From positions 1-64,000 of the forward strand of contig CM074818.1 of the NCBI GenBank assembly GCA_037447605.1: a DNA stretch of 64,000 nucleotides. Reading direction: 5' to 3'. Source of the stretch: Zygnema circumcarinatum SAG 698-1b. Its lineage: Eukaryota > Plantae > Zygnematophyceae. The position numbers and the translations under genes are program-made. The notes under the pieces are model-generated. The model was given only the letters and a program-made list of their open reading frames with translations. It was not told where the DNA came from and searched no databases. Position 1 is the stretch's first letter, and every line of letters begins with the position of its first letter. This document shows positions 30,144-47,400 of the stretch, one piece after another.

Positions 30144-30217
30144 GCATATGCCCCCACGTCATCCCGACTGTCAGTTGTCATCCGTACAGATAACGCGCAC
30201 GAGTACGACGAATATTC
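30144..30217. promoter_or_regulatory. Two P1BS (GNATATNC) motifs upstream of the purple acid phosphatase
   Basis: GCATATGC at 30144-30151 and GAATATTC at 30210-30217, about 730-800 bp upstream of the PAP ATG. Confidence 0.45.
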
Positions 30218-30563
30218 GGTAATTGGTCAGTGGTTTTTGTCCGATGGTGGGATGAACTGGTCCGTAGACGACAACTATACGTACGAACGGATAGCGACTT
30301 GGTCAGGTGAGTGTAGGGGGCCGGAGCACACTAACGAGAAGTCGTCGTACGCATTTTACGACTCTGGTACTGTACGGAATGAAAGTGCCGTGGTACCATA
30401 TCAGATCGTATCGTATCGAAAAGATTCCGAATATAATGCGGGTTGTTTTCAAGAATATAGAATCAATATTNNNNNNNNNNCCATCTCAAAAAGAAAGCCT
30501 CAGTTTTTGTATCATTCAGATCTTCAGGGGTGCTTCGGGATATCAGAGCGTAGATTAGATTAC

Positions 30564-31914
30564 CAGTGAGGCCGAACTTGATGGGGTAGGTGCCGGTGGC
30601 AGGGAGGGACTTGAATGGGAACATTGTAGTGCTTCCCCTAATTTGATAGAAGTACTGCGTGGAGGGCTTGAGTGGTCCAATCACGCAAAAGAAGATGAAG
30701 CCGGAAGTGTATTCTCCGACAAACCCTTTGGCATATGTGTACCTCTTTCCTGGGCATCTGCAATCACGCCATTTCGAAATTGAGAAAAAAATTCATAACA
30801 GCACTTACACACCTTTCACATGGATTGAAGAGAACAAGAGCAGACAGCAAAAAGAAGACGAAAAGGAAATATAGAACAAGATTGGTTTTTAAAGGGTAAA
30901 ATTACATTACAAAAGTGCTTAACAGTCCAGAGGGAACAAACGGTAATCGACTTACGTAGATTGAGTTTTCATGGAAGTGCGCGAAATTCCGTAGTAAACG
31001 ATTCCGATCGACCTTCGGGGAGTAATCCAGCGCGCGAAGAAGTAATTGCCTCTGCGGACAGCCGGGAACAGGGACACCTGCAGGATAGAGTACACAGTTT
31101 CAGTTTCAGTTACAGATACAGTTAGAACATGGTCCGAAAATCCTCATGCCAAACAACATACATGTACCGCAGAAGATCCCTCAATTGTCATCTTTGACGA
31201 TTAGTCAACATATTACTTAACTCGAAGGGCTTCAATGCTTATCACGAGGCTGCCTGCTGGCCCTCGTCATTATGAAGAAGCATTCACCTGCTCCGGGAGG
31301 TTGGTGTCGATCTGCTGGCCATGGCAGATGGGGATGTTGGGGGTCGTGTAGTTGGGAGTGAACGGAGGCTGCACCAAAAAAGGGTCCGGCTCGAGGTCGT
31401 ACGTGGTGCCTGCAAAAGACATAAAACCACGGATGCTTACTATCATCCACACATCTACTCCTCCGCCTCATCACTTCCAATTCATTCCACTCTTACCAGC
31501 GCCCTCCCGGTCTCCCTCCCGTAAAAAATGCCGTACAACACCCGTCCACTTCCCTCCCTCCCCCTCTCCCTCCCTCCTTCCCTCCCCCCTCCCTCCCTCC
31601 CTCTCCCCCTCCCCCTATTCTCCCCACCCCTTCAAGTCAGTTACCCCATAGAATACCTGCACACATACCTCAGCCATCACATGCCCCACCCGCCACGCCC
31701 CACATCCCACAGCCCATGCCCCATGCCTCATGCCCCATGCCCCATGACCCATGACCCATGCCATGGAGGCCACAAATGCCCACGCCCCTGCCCATGCCCG
31801 GCCATGGCTCCGCCGAGCACCCACGGGAGGCTCCGGCAGGGTCGCGGTCGCGGAGGCGGAGGCCGCCGCCAAAGCGAGCAGCGCCGCCGCCACCAACAAA
31901 GCAGAGCTCGCCAT
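30564..31914 (-). pseudogene. Second copy of the PAP 5' exons inside the duplicated block (probably the same locus assembled twice)
   Basis: Same exons as 28062-29416, offset by about 2.5 kb; no further PAP exons between 30564 and the N-gap. Confidence 0.55.
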
Positions 31915-34360
31915 AGCGGCCCCTCCTGTACGGAACTCGCACGGCGGAAGTCGCACAGCGGACGTCGCACAGCGAAATCTGTCAAAGTCAGTCAAACGCT
32001 ACGCGCACACCGAAATCTGAGGATCGCAAGGTCGTCTCAAAGACGTCGCAAGAAGTCGCAAGTAGGGATGGTCCGCGTTATAAATTCCGAATATATTATA
32101 TAATTTACAACGGGTTTAAAATTAGTAATATATTACAAACTAAAACACTTTATTACATATATTATACCCACTCGTTTTGAACAATTAACGACCGTACGAC
32201 CGTACTCGTACGGTCGGTCGTACGGTCGTACCATACCATTATTAGGTCGTTTTGGCGTTGGCGTTGCGAAATGCGTCCGTCTGGTTCACTCTGTCTGCTC
32301 GTGCTCGGGCCGCATAATACCGTACAGTCGTACGACCGTACGACCGTTCCTGTTGTAAAGGCGTTGTAAATTAATATATATCAGCCGTTATCTAGTCGTC
32401 ACAGTTGTATAATATAATATATAATATATAGTCGTAACTAATCCATCCCTAGTCGCAAGGACCGATACTTTGTTCAGTCGTAGGGTAAACGCACAGCCAA
32501 ATCCGCTCGTCGCAAGGCGTCGCAAAATGTCGCACTGGCGAGGAGGCGGGAAGAGCCGACGACGAAAAGTGAGCGCGTCCTGGCGAGAAGGGCCCGGCGG
32601 GGCACATATACGACAGGCGAACGCTACGCGACAATGTGACACGTGGCATATGCCCCCACGTCATCCCGACTGTCAGTTGTCATCCGTACAGATAACGCGC
32701 ACGAGTACGACGAATATTCGGTAATTGGTCAGTGGTTTTTGTCCGATGGTGGGATGAACTGGTCCGTAGACGACAACTATACGTACGAACGGATAGCGAC
32801 TTGGTCAGGTGAGTGTAGGGGGCCGGAGCACACTAACGAGAAGTCGTCGTACGCATTTTACGACTCTGGTACTGTACGGAATGAAAGTGCCGTGGTACCA
32901 TATCAGATCGTATCGTATCGAAAAGATTCCGAATATAATGCGGGTTGTTTTCAAGAATATAGAATCAATATTGGGCTACTCGTGGCAGGATTGGAGTTAG
33001 GATAACGCAAAATACCTATTTCAGCACCGATTTTGTCACGTCTGGAAAGCCCCTTGCGGAAAGATTCCGGAGGAAGCGAACTTTTCCGCTCCCAAAATTT
33101 TCACTTAATCATATTTACTTTCCTGTATCCGGCCAATATTGGAAGTGAAGCTTTCTTCTTGAAAGGGACCTTTGTTTTCGGCCCATACACTACTACCGTA
33201 AAGGCCATTTTTTAGCGCTGTTCCTCGTGGTTTTCTCGTTGTTTTCCTTTGTGGTCAATGCCCATGGGATGTAATGGCATCGCCATGCGTGAGACCAATG
33301 GGCAATGGCAAACACACTGGACATAAAAATCGGGAAATATTGTTACTGTTGGGAAATGTAAACGGTAACGGTATTAAAAGTTTCCCCCCTCTTTGAGGTA
33401 ACGGTATTGAAATTGACGGGCTAATTCAATACTAGAACGCCTTACGGCATTCCGCTGTCGAACAAGAACGGTAACAGGGGACACATATAACTCAATTTGT
33501 ATGGCTGTTCTATGTGCGGTATCCCTACAATCCGGGTATGGACAAACCAAAGATTCGTCAGCAGGCGGTGTTGAGGCCGTACAGTTTCTTTGTGGTCAGT
33601 TCAGTCAAGGACTGTTATTACGAAACTGTGAAACTGTAAGACCAATAAAACTTCACAAGGTTTTTTTCGGTTTTCTTTGACTTTATTATGATTTTAGTAT
33701 TCAAGTTAGCCCAGCCAACTCCTTTACCGAAGACTTCACCTCGCAGCAATTGACCAAGAATAGGAATGATTTAGCTGTCCATGAAACAAATTTTGAGATA
33801 GGAATGAATAGTCGGCATGATTACAACCTCTCATCTTTCTCAACCACTTCTAAATGTCCGCTGTCGACCATCTCCTGAGGCCCGGGCTCTAGCTTTCATC
33901 CGTTTTCATCCCTCTCTCTCCACCTGCCTCTCCCATTCCATTCTTCAGCCACTTCTTCTCAATCTCCTTCTCGCTCTCTCTGTCCCTCCCTCTGTCATTT
34001 CTCCGCCTGTCCCTCTCCACAGCCCTCTCGACACACTCCCTAGGCGCCTTCCCACTGTGGTGAATCGCACGTTCCGAATTATGACAGGTTCAGCACGGGA
34101 GAACAAGGTTCTCCCTTCTCTTCCCTTCTCTTCACCTCTCCCCCTCCCTCTCTCTCCGTTCTCCTGCATGGATGAATATGCGCGTCTGCGTAGGCTCAGT
34201 GAGGGCATACCTCCTCTGTGCAGGTGGATAGTTGGGTAGAGATACTCGAGAACAATGCTATTCTCTCTCTCTTCTTACTCTCACAGGTGGAGAAGGAAGA
34301 ATGGAGAAGGGAGAGAGCTGTACCACATGGTATGCTACCTGAGTTTCTCTATGCACCATC

Positions 34361-37300
34361 TTAGGGAGGGTTGAAATACAAGTTCTGCATTATGCCTTCC
34401 ATGTCGAACTTAAACTCCCGCAAACTCTTTCCAGGAGCCTCGCTCCCATTCCTTCCAAGACCTGCACTGTCAGCAGGAGCCAACGGAACAGGAGCAGCCT
34501 GATGGTAGGCAGCGGACACCATTGCCAGTACATCTGACTCCTTTACGGAACCTTGGACGGGAACCGTCATAGGAACAGGAGGTGCAAGAGTATGCGCCCT
34601 TCCTGTCGGCGTCCCGAGAATAGAAGTCAGAAGAGCGGTTCCAGCAGAAAGAGAGAGGGAAGGGGTCGGAAAGACCGAGGCTTCACTGGGAAGAAGGGAA
34701 GCGCTTTTTGCTTTCCACATCGTTACCACCCCGCCTGCAGCCCAAAATAGTATAAAAAACCACAGACGCAGGGAAACAGCAAAGGATTGAAATAAATGAC
34801 AACTGCATATCACAGAATGTACGAGACAGAGAGGGAAAAGCATAAAATCTAGCTTGCCAAAGGTTCGAAATCATGCATGACAGTTATACAGTTTTTTACC
34901 TTTATAACTTCTGCTAGCACTTTGATCGGATGAAACTCTTCGTATTTAACCTGCAAAATGAATCACTTCTTAAAAGTGGAGGGACGAAAAAGGAAAAGGA
35001 ATCACCTGCTTGCGAACTCGATGTGTTTGGAAGAGATTTCAGACCATGTGCTGACAGCCATTCCTTCAGGAGTCTGCATCGGTCCGGCACGTAAAACAAC
35101 TTCATTTCAATACTGATGCATGCATCCACGTAAAGCAAAGAAAATTCAGTTCACTCCTCTCCAAACCGCAGCTGACAAGAACGAGACTAGAGAAAAATAT
35201 CTCACCCGATGAAGGGATGGACGAGGTAATACTTAAAGCCACTTGTTCCGCGAGCTTGATGGTATAGCACGCTATCTCCTGACGGGCCTACACTTGGAAT
35301 ATCGTCTAACGGATGCCAAGCTATTTCCTGCAAGCTCATCGCCATAGACGAAACAAGCCGTCTACCTCAAAAAAAAGGACACTACAAGGATAGGAGAAAA
35401 AGAGAAATTGAGAAATGATGGAAAGTAAGACGAGGGGAGAAAAGGAGCAAAGATGGAGGAATGGGAAAGCAAGACACACAACCTCAGATAACGATGACGA
35501 AAGTGAAGAGGAAGGGAAGAGAGGAGAGAGGAAGGCCTACACAGTAAACGGCTACTCTCTCAAGAAACTCTTTAAGTTGCAAGACTCACGCTGATCTCCT
35601 TTTTGGTCTGGGGTTCAAAGAAAGAGCTTTCAGGTATTCCGGTTATGATGAAGAGTCGAGAGCGCTGCTGTCCCACCACCAGCTCTAAATACTCGTCTGG
35701 CTTAAGCATGCTGGCGATATCCAAACTAGTTTCTTCCAGCACCTGCGATCACCATGCAGAAACTCCACTTGAATAAGAAACATCCTTGCTGGACTTTCTA
35801 ACCACACTAAAAGTTACTGATAAAAAACACAAACTTTTCTAAAATACACCAACACAAAGGATAGGCAATCATCAAGATTTCAGAGGTTTCAAACTTGCAA
35901 GGACAGGGCTTTTTCTTGGTGTGCAAACTTTCCGGAAAACTTCACCTGTAAACTCATCAACCATTCTAGACAAATTTGCAGCCAGAAGACCTATCTACCA
36001 TATTGCATCTGGCTGAATTTACTTCCCTTAAGTACATGCCCAGAGTCCAAAAAGAGGGACCGGTCACAAAAAGACTTTACCTCTCGAATGGCGCACTTGT
36101 GGTCCTCCTCATCTTTGTTTTTCTTTCCTTTTGGAAAACCCCAACTGGAACTTGCCTTCCATCCCTTCACCAATAGGCACTGCAACCACCACCAACACTC
36201 GCTTTCAGCAAAGCATTGAAACAAGCCAAAGATTATTTCTTAGGCCTAATACATCTAAGAAAAGTCTTTTCTGAAGGGTGCTTACGTTATTCAGAAAAAG
36301 AAAACACATGTCCTCAAATAAGTTAACGGATGAATGGTCCGAATGCCTCTGTAAGCATAGGTTGTAATCGTTTCCTAGAAAGCGAACCTTTAGAGGAGGT
36401 ACAATCGAAATATTGACTGATGTGAGCATGACCATCAAAAATTCTTCTTTCCATGTTTTTAATATTGCCGAATTTATAGAATGAAAAGAGCCAGAGTTAA
36501 AACATGAGGCTGCTGTGACACAGTTTTTCTAAATCAAAGTGATACTCGAGAGAAAGTTTACTACACCTTGCTGCAAGTCTCATTTAGAATTATTGCCCCT
36601 GTTGTCGGAACCTGAAACTTGTACGAAGTGAAGTCCTTGTAAATGTTATCAACATGCCCAATGTATGGCTGCAAGCTAGCACATTTTTGAAACACTATAA
36701 TTTCTGTTAAAGAAAATTTTGTGCTTCTCTCTTTGACAAGCCAGGGATGTGAATGAAGACTGAATGGCTTCAATCTGCTGTCCACTCGCACAGACCAACA
36801 GATCCAACAAACGGACTAGATGTCTGCCACTACTTTCACTAAATCAAATTTTGATTGCAGCACCATCGCAAACCCTAATCATGCATTAAGCTTCCGACAA
36901 AATATCCTGATGCCAATCTTCGACAGAGAAACTGACAAAAAGTATGATCCCGCGAAAAGTACGGAAAGTGGTGAAGGATACTGAGAGAAGTGAATTCACG
37001 AAGATTAAATGATTTCAAATTTGTATCTTGTTCCCGCGTGTTGTCCTCATAGAACCAGTGCGCCTGCTCTATAAGAAAGAGGATCCGCTCAAATGACTGA
37101 AGCTCCTCCACAGGTACATTAAGTACGAAACGACTGATCCCACAAACCATCAAGCAATCTAAAGGGTAAACAATAGAGAAATAAAGACCTATCCATACAC
37201 TAGTATGACTACATGCATTCATGCAAGGATCGATGAGTTTCTACAGCTGCAAAAATATGTCAAAAACTCTTTCCTCTGTGCCGCTGCTGCGCCAATACCC

Positions 37301-37660
37301 TGTTTTCAGTATATCTTCCGTGAAGAAGAATGGAGCTTTCTCTTTAGAACCATATCAATCAACGAATCAGAAACCTATAAACCAATCTGTGCGATGCATA
37401 ATGGCTGCTGTTGCAGAAGCCAATCCTTCTTCTCATGGATGAAAATATAGGCTGCCTATGGAAAAAGAATGAGTAGCGATATACCTGCACAGATCATCAA
37501 GAAGCTCCTGCGAGGGGTACCGATTCTTTGTCCCTGCTTGAACCTGCTGCTGCTGCAATTGCGGCTGTTGTTGTTGGAAAGGCGGAGCGGCTTCACGAGT
37601 TCCACTTCGCTGCTTCGTGGGAGTCTTGCGGCCAGCAGGCTGCTTGCTTGTAGCCGCCAT
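34361..37660 (-). CDS. DCP2: mRNA-decapping enzyme catalytic subunit (Nudix hydrolase)
   Basis: Exons give [94 protein letters not shown] (Nudix box), [13 protein letters not shown] and a C-terminal [10 protein letters not shown]. Confidence 0.95.
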
Positions 37661-38394
37661 GGCCGTCTGATTCTTCCTGATTGACTCTTGAAAGAAGAAG
37701 AACTACACGGAAACAGAAAAAGGCTTCTGTAGGATTCAAAGGAGTTATTCACAGGAGAAATTAGGATGAAAAAGAACCGCTGTAAGGAAAAAAAATGTAA
37801 ATATATGGCAGAAGATACAGCTATAGCGGTAGTAGTAGTAACTGTAATAGTAATAGTGGTATGGGAATGTGTACAGTACTGTACTGCAGTAGCAGAGAGT
37901 GTGCTCTCCCGTTTAAGTCCCTCCAACGCATGCTCTGATCGGAGCCTGCATGCAAGCAAGCTGCCTGCTGTGCCTGCGTGCTGCAGAATTAGGTTTACCG
38001 TACACCTTTCGTACGAGAACCGTACACAATTAAGTACAGTCCACGAACACAAATGACTAGTCAAGTAGTCTTTTAGCTGACTCAACATATCGGTTTCTCC
38101 CCCCGGGAGGAGTCTGACCACCCCGCAAATGCCCTGACTGACCAAGCCTGGTCAAAGCTTCGTTTGCCAACCGTTGGTAGACAGCGCAATGGTTGGTTGC
38201 TGGATTACATTGAGCCGCAATAAAATTAGAAACTGAGTCTGACATTGTGAAAACTAGCGACTTTACCGCGGTTTTTTCCGTAACTTTATGGAGGTGGCGC
38301 TCGCTAGTGCCTCTGCCAAATGCCCAAATGCCCCAACAGCTGTGGTTGGAACCATAACCCTAATTCTAACCCTAGAGCTTCTTCTGCTGGAGCC

Positions 38395-42002
<3,608 letters not shown>

Positions 42003-42353
42003 AAACGCAAAGTTGGATGCCACATTTTTTACTCCAAATTCGGAGACTAAAGGCGTGTAAGGGGAGCAGCCATAGTGATGAACAGTTTCCATGTACATAA
42101 ATTCGCAGTTCAACTGATTTATTTCAAAGACCGCGACATCTGACATTGCCATGTATCGTACATGAAACTGCATACGTGGCGTCTCGTCATTGGAAGTGGC
42201 TCGCCCCGAGCTCGCAATGGGGATATCTAAGAACCAAGAACCAAGAACCTTGTCGTCATGCCATAAAGCAAAACGGCATAACGACTTTAGCGCCATGTGC
42301 AAAGATCTTCAGAATCTAAGAGATTTGCAAAGATTCTTGTCTTCTTGTTCTTG

Positions 42354-42702
<349 letters not shown>

Positions 42703-42801
42703 TTCCCACTCTCTCCGCTCCATAAACATTGTAGTTTACCAATGCTTGGATTCCTCCTGTGAACCGCCGTTCTGGCAACTGCTTTTTTTTTCAACTTGCA
42801 G

Positions 42802-43621
42802 AGGATGGGAACACTCTTATCATTCATCTGCAAAAGGTGAACAAGATGGAGTGGTGGAAGGCGGTAGTGAAGGGACAACCCGAAATCGACGCTCAGAAAG
42901 GGGAGCCGGAAAATAGCAAGCTTGCAGACCTTGATGCATGGACGAGACAGACTGTGGAAAACATGATGGTATGTCAATTTTCACCCTTCCTCATGTATCC
43001 GTCTGTTGATAGGTGTCCCTTAGCACAATGAAGAACTGAGGGCCCTTTCTAAGTAGGTAACGTTTCACCCTTTAAACAGGTCCATTGAACTTGGTATGGC
43101 ACTTATATTGAAAGACTGCATCTTCATTGTTCATAAGTTCGCATGAATGAAGTCAAACCTTTAACTTGAACGTTGCTGACATACTGTTACGTTTTGAGAG
43201 ATGGGTTTGACGTCATTAAATGGTTATTGCATATTGAACAACTGTATCATAGTATTGATATCTATTTTTCGGTTGCAGTACGACCAGCGGCAGAAAGCGA
43301 TGGGGCTGCCCGCAAGTGAAGTGCAGCAAAAGCAGGACATTCTCAAGAAATTTATGTCAGCTGTAAGCACACCGTCTATCCCTCTCCCTTGCCTCCATCT
43401 CCCTCCCTCCCTCCCTCCCTAGGGTTCCAAGGTTAAGCCTAGAAGGATCCCGGGTTCTACCCTCTTCACTGTCCTTTACTGTGTTCTGGTCTCCCTCTCT
43501 CCTTTCGCTCTCCACCCCCCTTCTCCCTGCCCCTCCACGCCGGCCCTTTGACGAGCGGCATTTCCGCTGTTTGCCGCATGCAGCATCCGGAGTTGATTTT
43601 TCAAAGGCGAAAATCAGTTAG
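42802..43621 (+). pseudogene. 5'-truncated NudC/BOBBER-family gene fragment (last three exons, introns retained)
   Basis: EDGNTLIIHLQKVNKMEWWKAVVKGQPEIDAQKGEPENSKLADLDAWTRQTVENMM|[11 protein letters not shown]...[11 protein letters not shown]|HPEL. The last exon needs one extra G to read HPELDFSKAKIS*. No upstream NudC exons were seen. Confidence 0.8.
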
Positions 43622-44433
43622 AGGTGAACAGCGGCGACCTGTAGAGCTGCGAACTGCCCCATAGTCCTTTCCTGCTCTGTGGGCGCACCTTTGCTGCACA
43701 GGATTGTTCGCTTCCTTGTACCGTATTGGGCGCAGGCACAATCAGGTTCTATTTTTGCAATACAATGTAATGTTGGGAGAGGTCAGTGCGAACATGAACA
43801 TGAAAGTGAACTATCCAAGCCACACAAGCGATACATGAAAGGGACACGGGAGGTGACTCAATCAAAACTCTCTCGAGTTCTCGTCATTGAGGTACACTCG
43901 AATAATGAGAAAAGTCTTATTGCATTGTCTAGAAACGTACAGTCCAAGTTTTTGTCTGTGCATGTACTCAGTAGTGCGGCACAGTCCACTCTGCAACGAG
44001 AGCTGCTGAACGGTGTCTGACAACATCGATACAACAAAGACTGAAATGTAAACGCAGCTTGCTCCTGAACGGCTATTTACATGAAACAAATTTGTGCATT
44101 CGTAAGGATTTTTCGGATACGTAAGATTCGTCATCCCCGGAAAGGTAGTCTCCACGCCACCATTAGTCGTGACATAAAAAAACAAAAAAGCAGCTGTACA
44201 CTTGAAGTGCTCGCCGGCCCATGCGCATCCTCGAAGCCTTTGAAGTAGAGGTGTAACGTGACTCTCACTCTGTCATGTGCCGAGTCTGTACTACTTATTT
44301 CCCAAAGAATGGTCCATGAGTTCAACACGGAGCCTTCACAAAAGGTAAACCATGTCATGGCAAGCGAGGCTGTAAGGCCATGGGCATGACTATGGGCATG
44401 ACTATGGTACAACATTTCCCACACATGCATGCC

Positions 44434-47400
44434 TCAAGAGGACCGCACATAGTCCTCGGGAGGAGCAAGGGCCAATGACATGTGCTGCTTTATGTCGCGC
44501 TTGTACATGGTTTCGGTGTAATCTTCTCCGATAAAGTCGAGCCATTGCAGCTCAGAGAACAGAGAGACAGCACTGTTCGCATCCGCCAGCCGAGGCCATA
44601 ACTTCTCAAGCTGTCCCATCAAAATCAACGGAGGAATCAAACGACCAAAGGTACAAGTTCATTAATCAATGAAATCAAGAAACAACAAACCAACAAGTTA
44701 ACGAGAAATCAACAGATTCAGTCACTTAGTCGATGAATAAGTAATGCAAGTCATTGTACATACCTTCTCATCGTTCAGGGTATCATCTTCCAACAACTGT
44801 GTGACTTCCCTCATAGAGGGGCGATGGGGAGGAAAGGTCCGCAGACACATGAGAGCTACACACGCAACTTGACGCATCGACAAAAAATCGATCTTCTCCC
44901 GGTCGAGCCCAGGATCCACCACCTCCATTATTCTTCCCGCCTCTAATAGAGGGCGAGCCTGCCAGTGGAAACCCACTTCTGTCATTCACTTGCCTTCTAC
45001 AGCATTCAATTTAAAAAATATAAAAAATATAAAAAATCTCATTTCATGACATTTCATGAGTCGTCCAACGACCTCAGATAACCTGAAAAGGTAAAATGCA
45101 AGCTGTGATGTTGGTAGCAGACTCACCCAAGTGACGAGATTCTGCTCACTAGGTGGTCTCCGCAGGTCTATGGGTCGCCGTCCCGTTATCAGTTCCAGCA
45201 AGACCACACCGAAGGCATATGCGTCGCTCTTCTCGTTCAGTTCTCCGTTCAGGAACAGCTCCGGCGCCATGTAGCCGAGGGTGCCCTCCAGGGGACCCCC
45301 CGTAGAGGCTGCTTTTGTGTGGGGTACTACCCATTTTGCCAGGCCAAAATCTGCAATCTGCGAGAGAGGTGGAGAGAGTGAAGGGAAGGGGGGAAAGGGG
45401 GGGGGTGGAGGGGGAGAGAGAGAGTGAGAGGGAGGGACGGGGAGAAACATAGAGAGAGACAGGGGAAGAGAAAGAGAGGGGGAGAGATGGAGATAGAAAG
45501 TGAGGGGGGGAGAGTGAGGGGGGGAAGAGAGAGTGGGAGAGGGACAGAGGGGAACATAGAGAGTGACAGGGGAAGAGATTGAGATAGAGAGAGAAAGGAC
45601 AATGTAAACAGGGTAAAACCAAGGAAGTGAAGAGTTTGCCTGCGTGCAGCCTGTCAATTGCTCTATAAAGATACTTTTGAGTTTCATTCTCATCGTTTGC
45701 TTTCAAGAAACGATAGGAAAGAAATGTGTACCTGCGCTTCCCAATCTCCCTTCAACAATATGTTGGCAGTCTTTACATCCCTGTGGATGATGCAGCGCGC
45801 TCCCCCATGATGCAGAAATTGCAGGCCTTGGGCCGCCCCTCGAGCTGCTTTCAGACGCTTTGACCAATCCAAAGAAGGCTTATTTTTGCTGTGGAGATTC
45901 CTCTCCAGAGTGCCACGTGGCAGCAGCTCATAGATGAGGAGAGGCACCCCCCCATCAAGAGAGCAGCCCAAGAGGCTCACTATGTTGGGGTGCTTCATGT
46001 GACTCACAATTCCTAGTTCTGATAGAAACTCCATCTCCCCCTTCTTCTGAAAGAGCCGCTTCACTGCAATTCGAAACCCACTGGGCAGCACTCCTTTGAA
46101 AACCTCCGCAAATCCACCTTTTCCAACCAAGTTTTCCTTGGCAAACCCGTTCGTTGCATATGCAATTTCGTTGTATGAGAAAAAAGTCAATCCTCCTTGA
46201 AACTCTGGTGATGGGGACTTCCATGTGAGCCTGTTGGGCAGTTTAACCGTCACTGTTCCGTGATTTGCGTCACCGTTGCCATCCTCCAATGTCGAGAAAT
46301 CCAAGGACTGTGGAGACCATCTTTTTCCCTTCACTCTGAGAAGGGTTTTTGGTCTGCCTGAAGCCCCGGGAGAGGGAGAGGGCGAGGGAGAGGGAGAGGG
46401 CGAGGGAGAGGGCGAGGGCGAGGGAGAGGGAGAGGGAGAGGGCCCCCAAATTTCCCCAACCGAAAGCACGCTTGTCGGAGAAATTAGGTCTGCTTCCGAG
46501 AATTCTTTACTGCTATTGCTGCCACCTGGCAACTGCTGATTGGCCAAGCTTGGAAGTGAGAAGTCTTTTGCTTCTAATGCGAAAGCAGTCTCAGAGGGCG
46601 GAAGTGGACCGTTCACACTAGGCTCGGTTGGAGCCAATAGAGGCTTAATTCCTGACCTTTGATTTACAAGAGGCTTAACTCCTATCAATATATCATCACA
46701 TACTGCACTTCCCCCCAACACTAAAGAGCCCTTCCTATAAACTCCACTTTCCAAACCCATTCTCTCTATCAAGATTTGGTCCAATCGATCTCGCACCAGC
46801 TTATCTTCATGGTTGTTCACATCCCCTCCTTCACTTTTCTCCTCCTTCCTTTCCTTCACTAAGCGAAAGCTCGTTTGGACCTTCGGTAACGATGAGAGAG
46901 CCAAACTGAGAACATCATCCCCGCGAAAAGAATTAGTCACACCACTGATTTCAAATGAGTGGAGATTTTCGAATTGAACTTCATATTCAAAGAGAACATC
47001 ACTCACGAGCCTCCTGCTACTTAAGCCGTAAAGATTCCAGATGCCTTTACTGAACTGGAGCCCTCCGTTACTGTTACTGTTACCGTTCCCGTTTCCGTTT
47101 CCGTTCCCGCTTCTACCTCCGAACCAAAAGCCTTCCTTCTTCAAACTGCAAACTCGCCGGAGACGTTTCGTTGATGGAAGTTTCAGTTTCAGTTTCAGTT
47201 CCAGTTTCAGTTTCAGTTTGAGACAAGTCCTTTGAGCTTCCCCTTATTGAGTGGATATCCATATGGGGTGGGAGATGGGGGAGAGAGCTGCCCTTCCCCT
47301 CAGTCACTTGAAGTAGAGCCCCTCCCACTACCGTTAAGACCGTACAGCCGGAGGGAGCGTGCCGGTGACAGTAAGATCCAGGGCCAGTCAACTTCCTGGG

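Larger units (their letters stand above)
27979..32972. repeat. 2492-bp near-identical tandem duplication (27979-30470 and 30481-32972) separated by a 10-N gap
   Basis: Both copies start CCATCTCAAAAAGAAAGCC and end GAATCAATATT; the differences I saw are small indels in simple repeats; the ORF track is duplicated. Confidence 0.92.

Noticed and set aside
30141-30470. ORF MAYAPTSSRLSVVIRTDNAHEY... (also 32643-33005)
   Set aside because: No recognisable domain or splice context; lies in the PAP upstream region; the second occurrence is just the duplicated block.
46370-46441. (PS)n-encoding hexamer repeat in the kinase gene as an insertion or artefact
   Set aside because: It is in frame within a long open exon; an ordinary coding microsatellite in a disordered linker.
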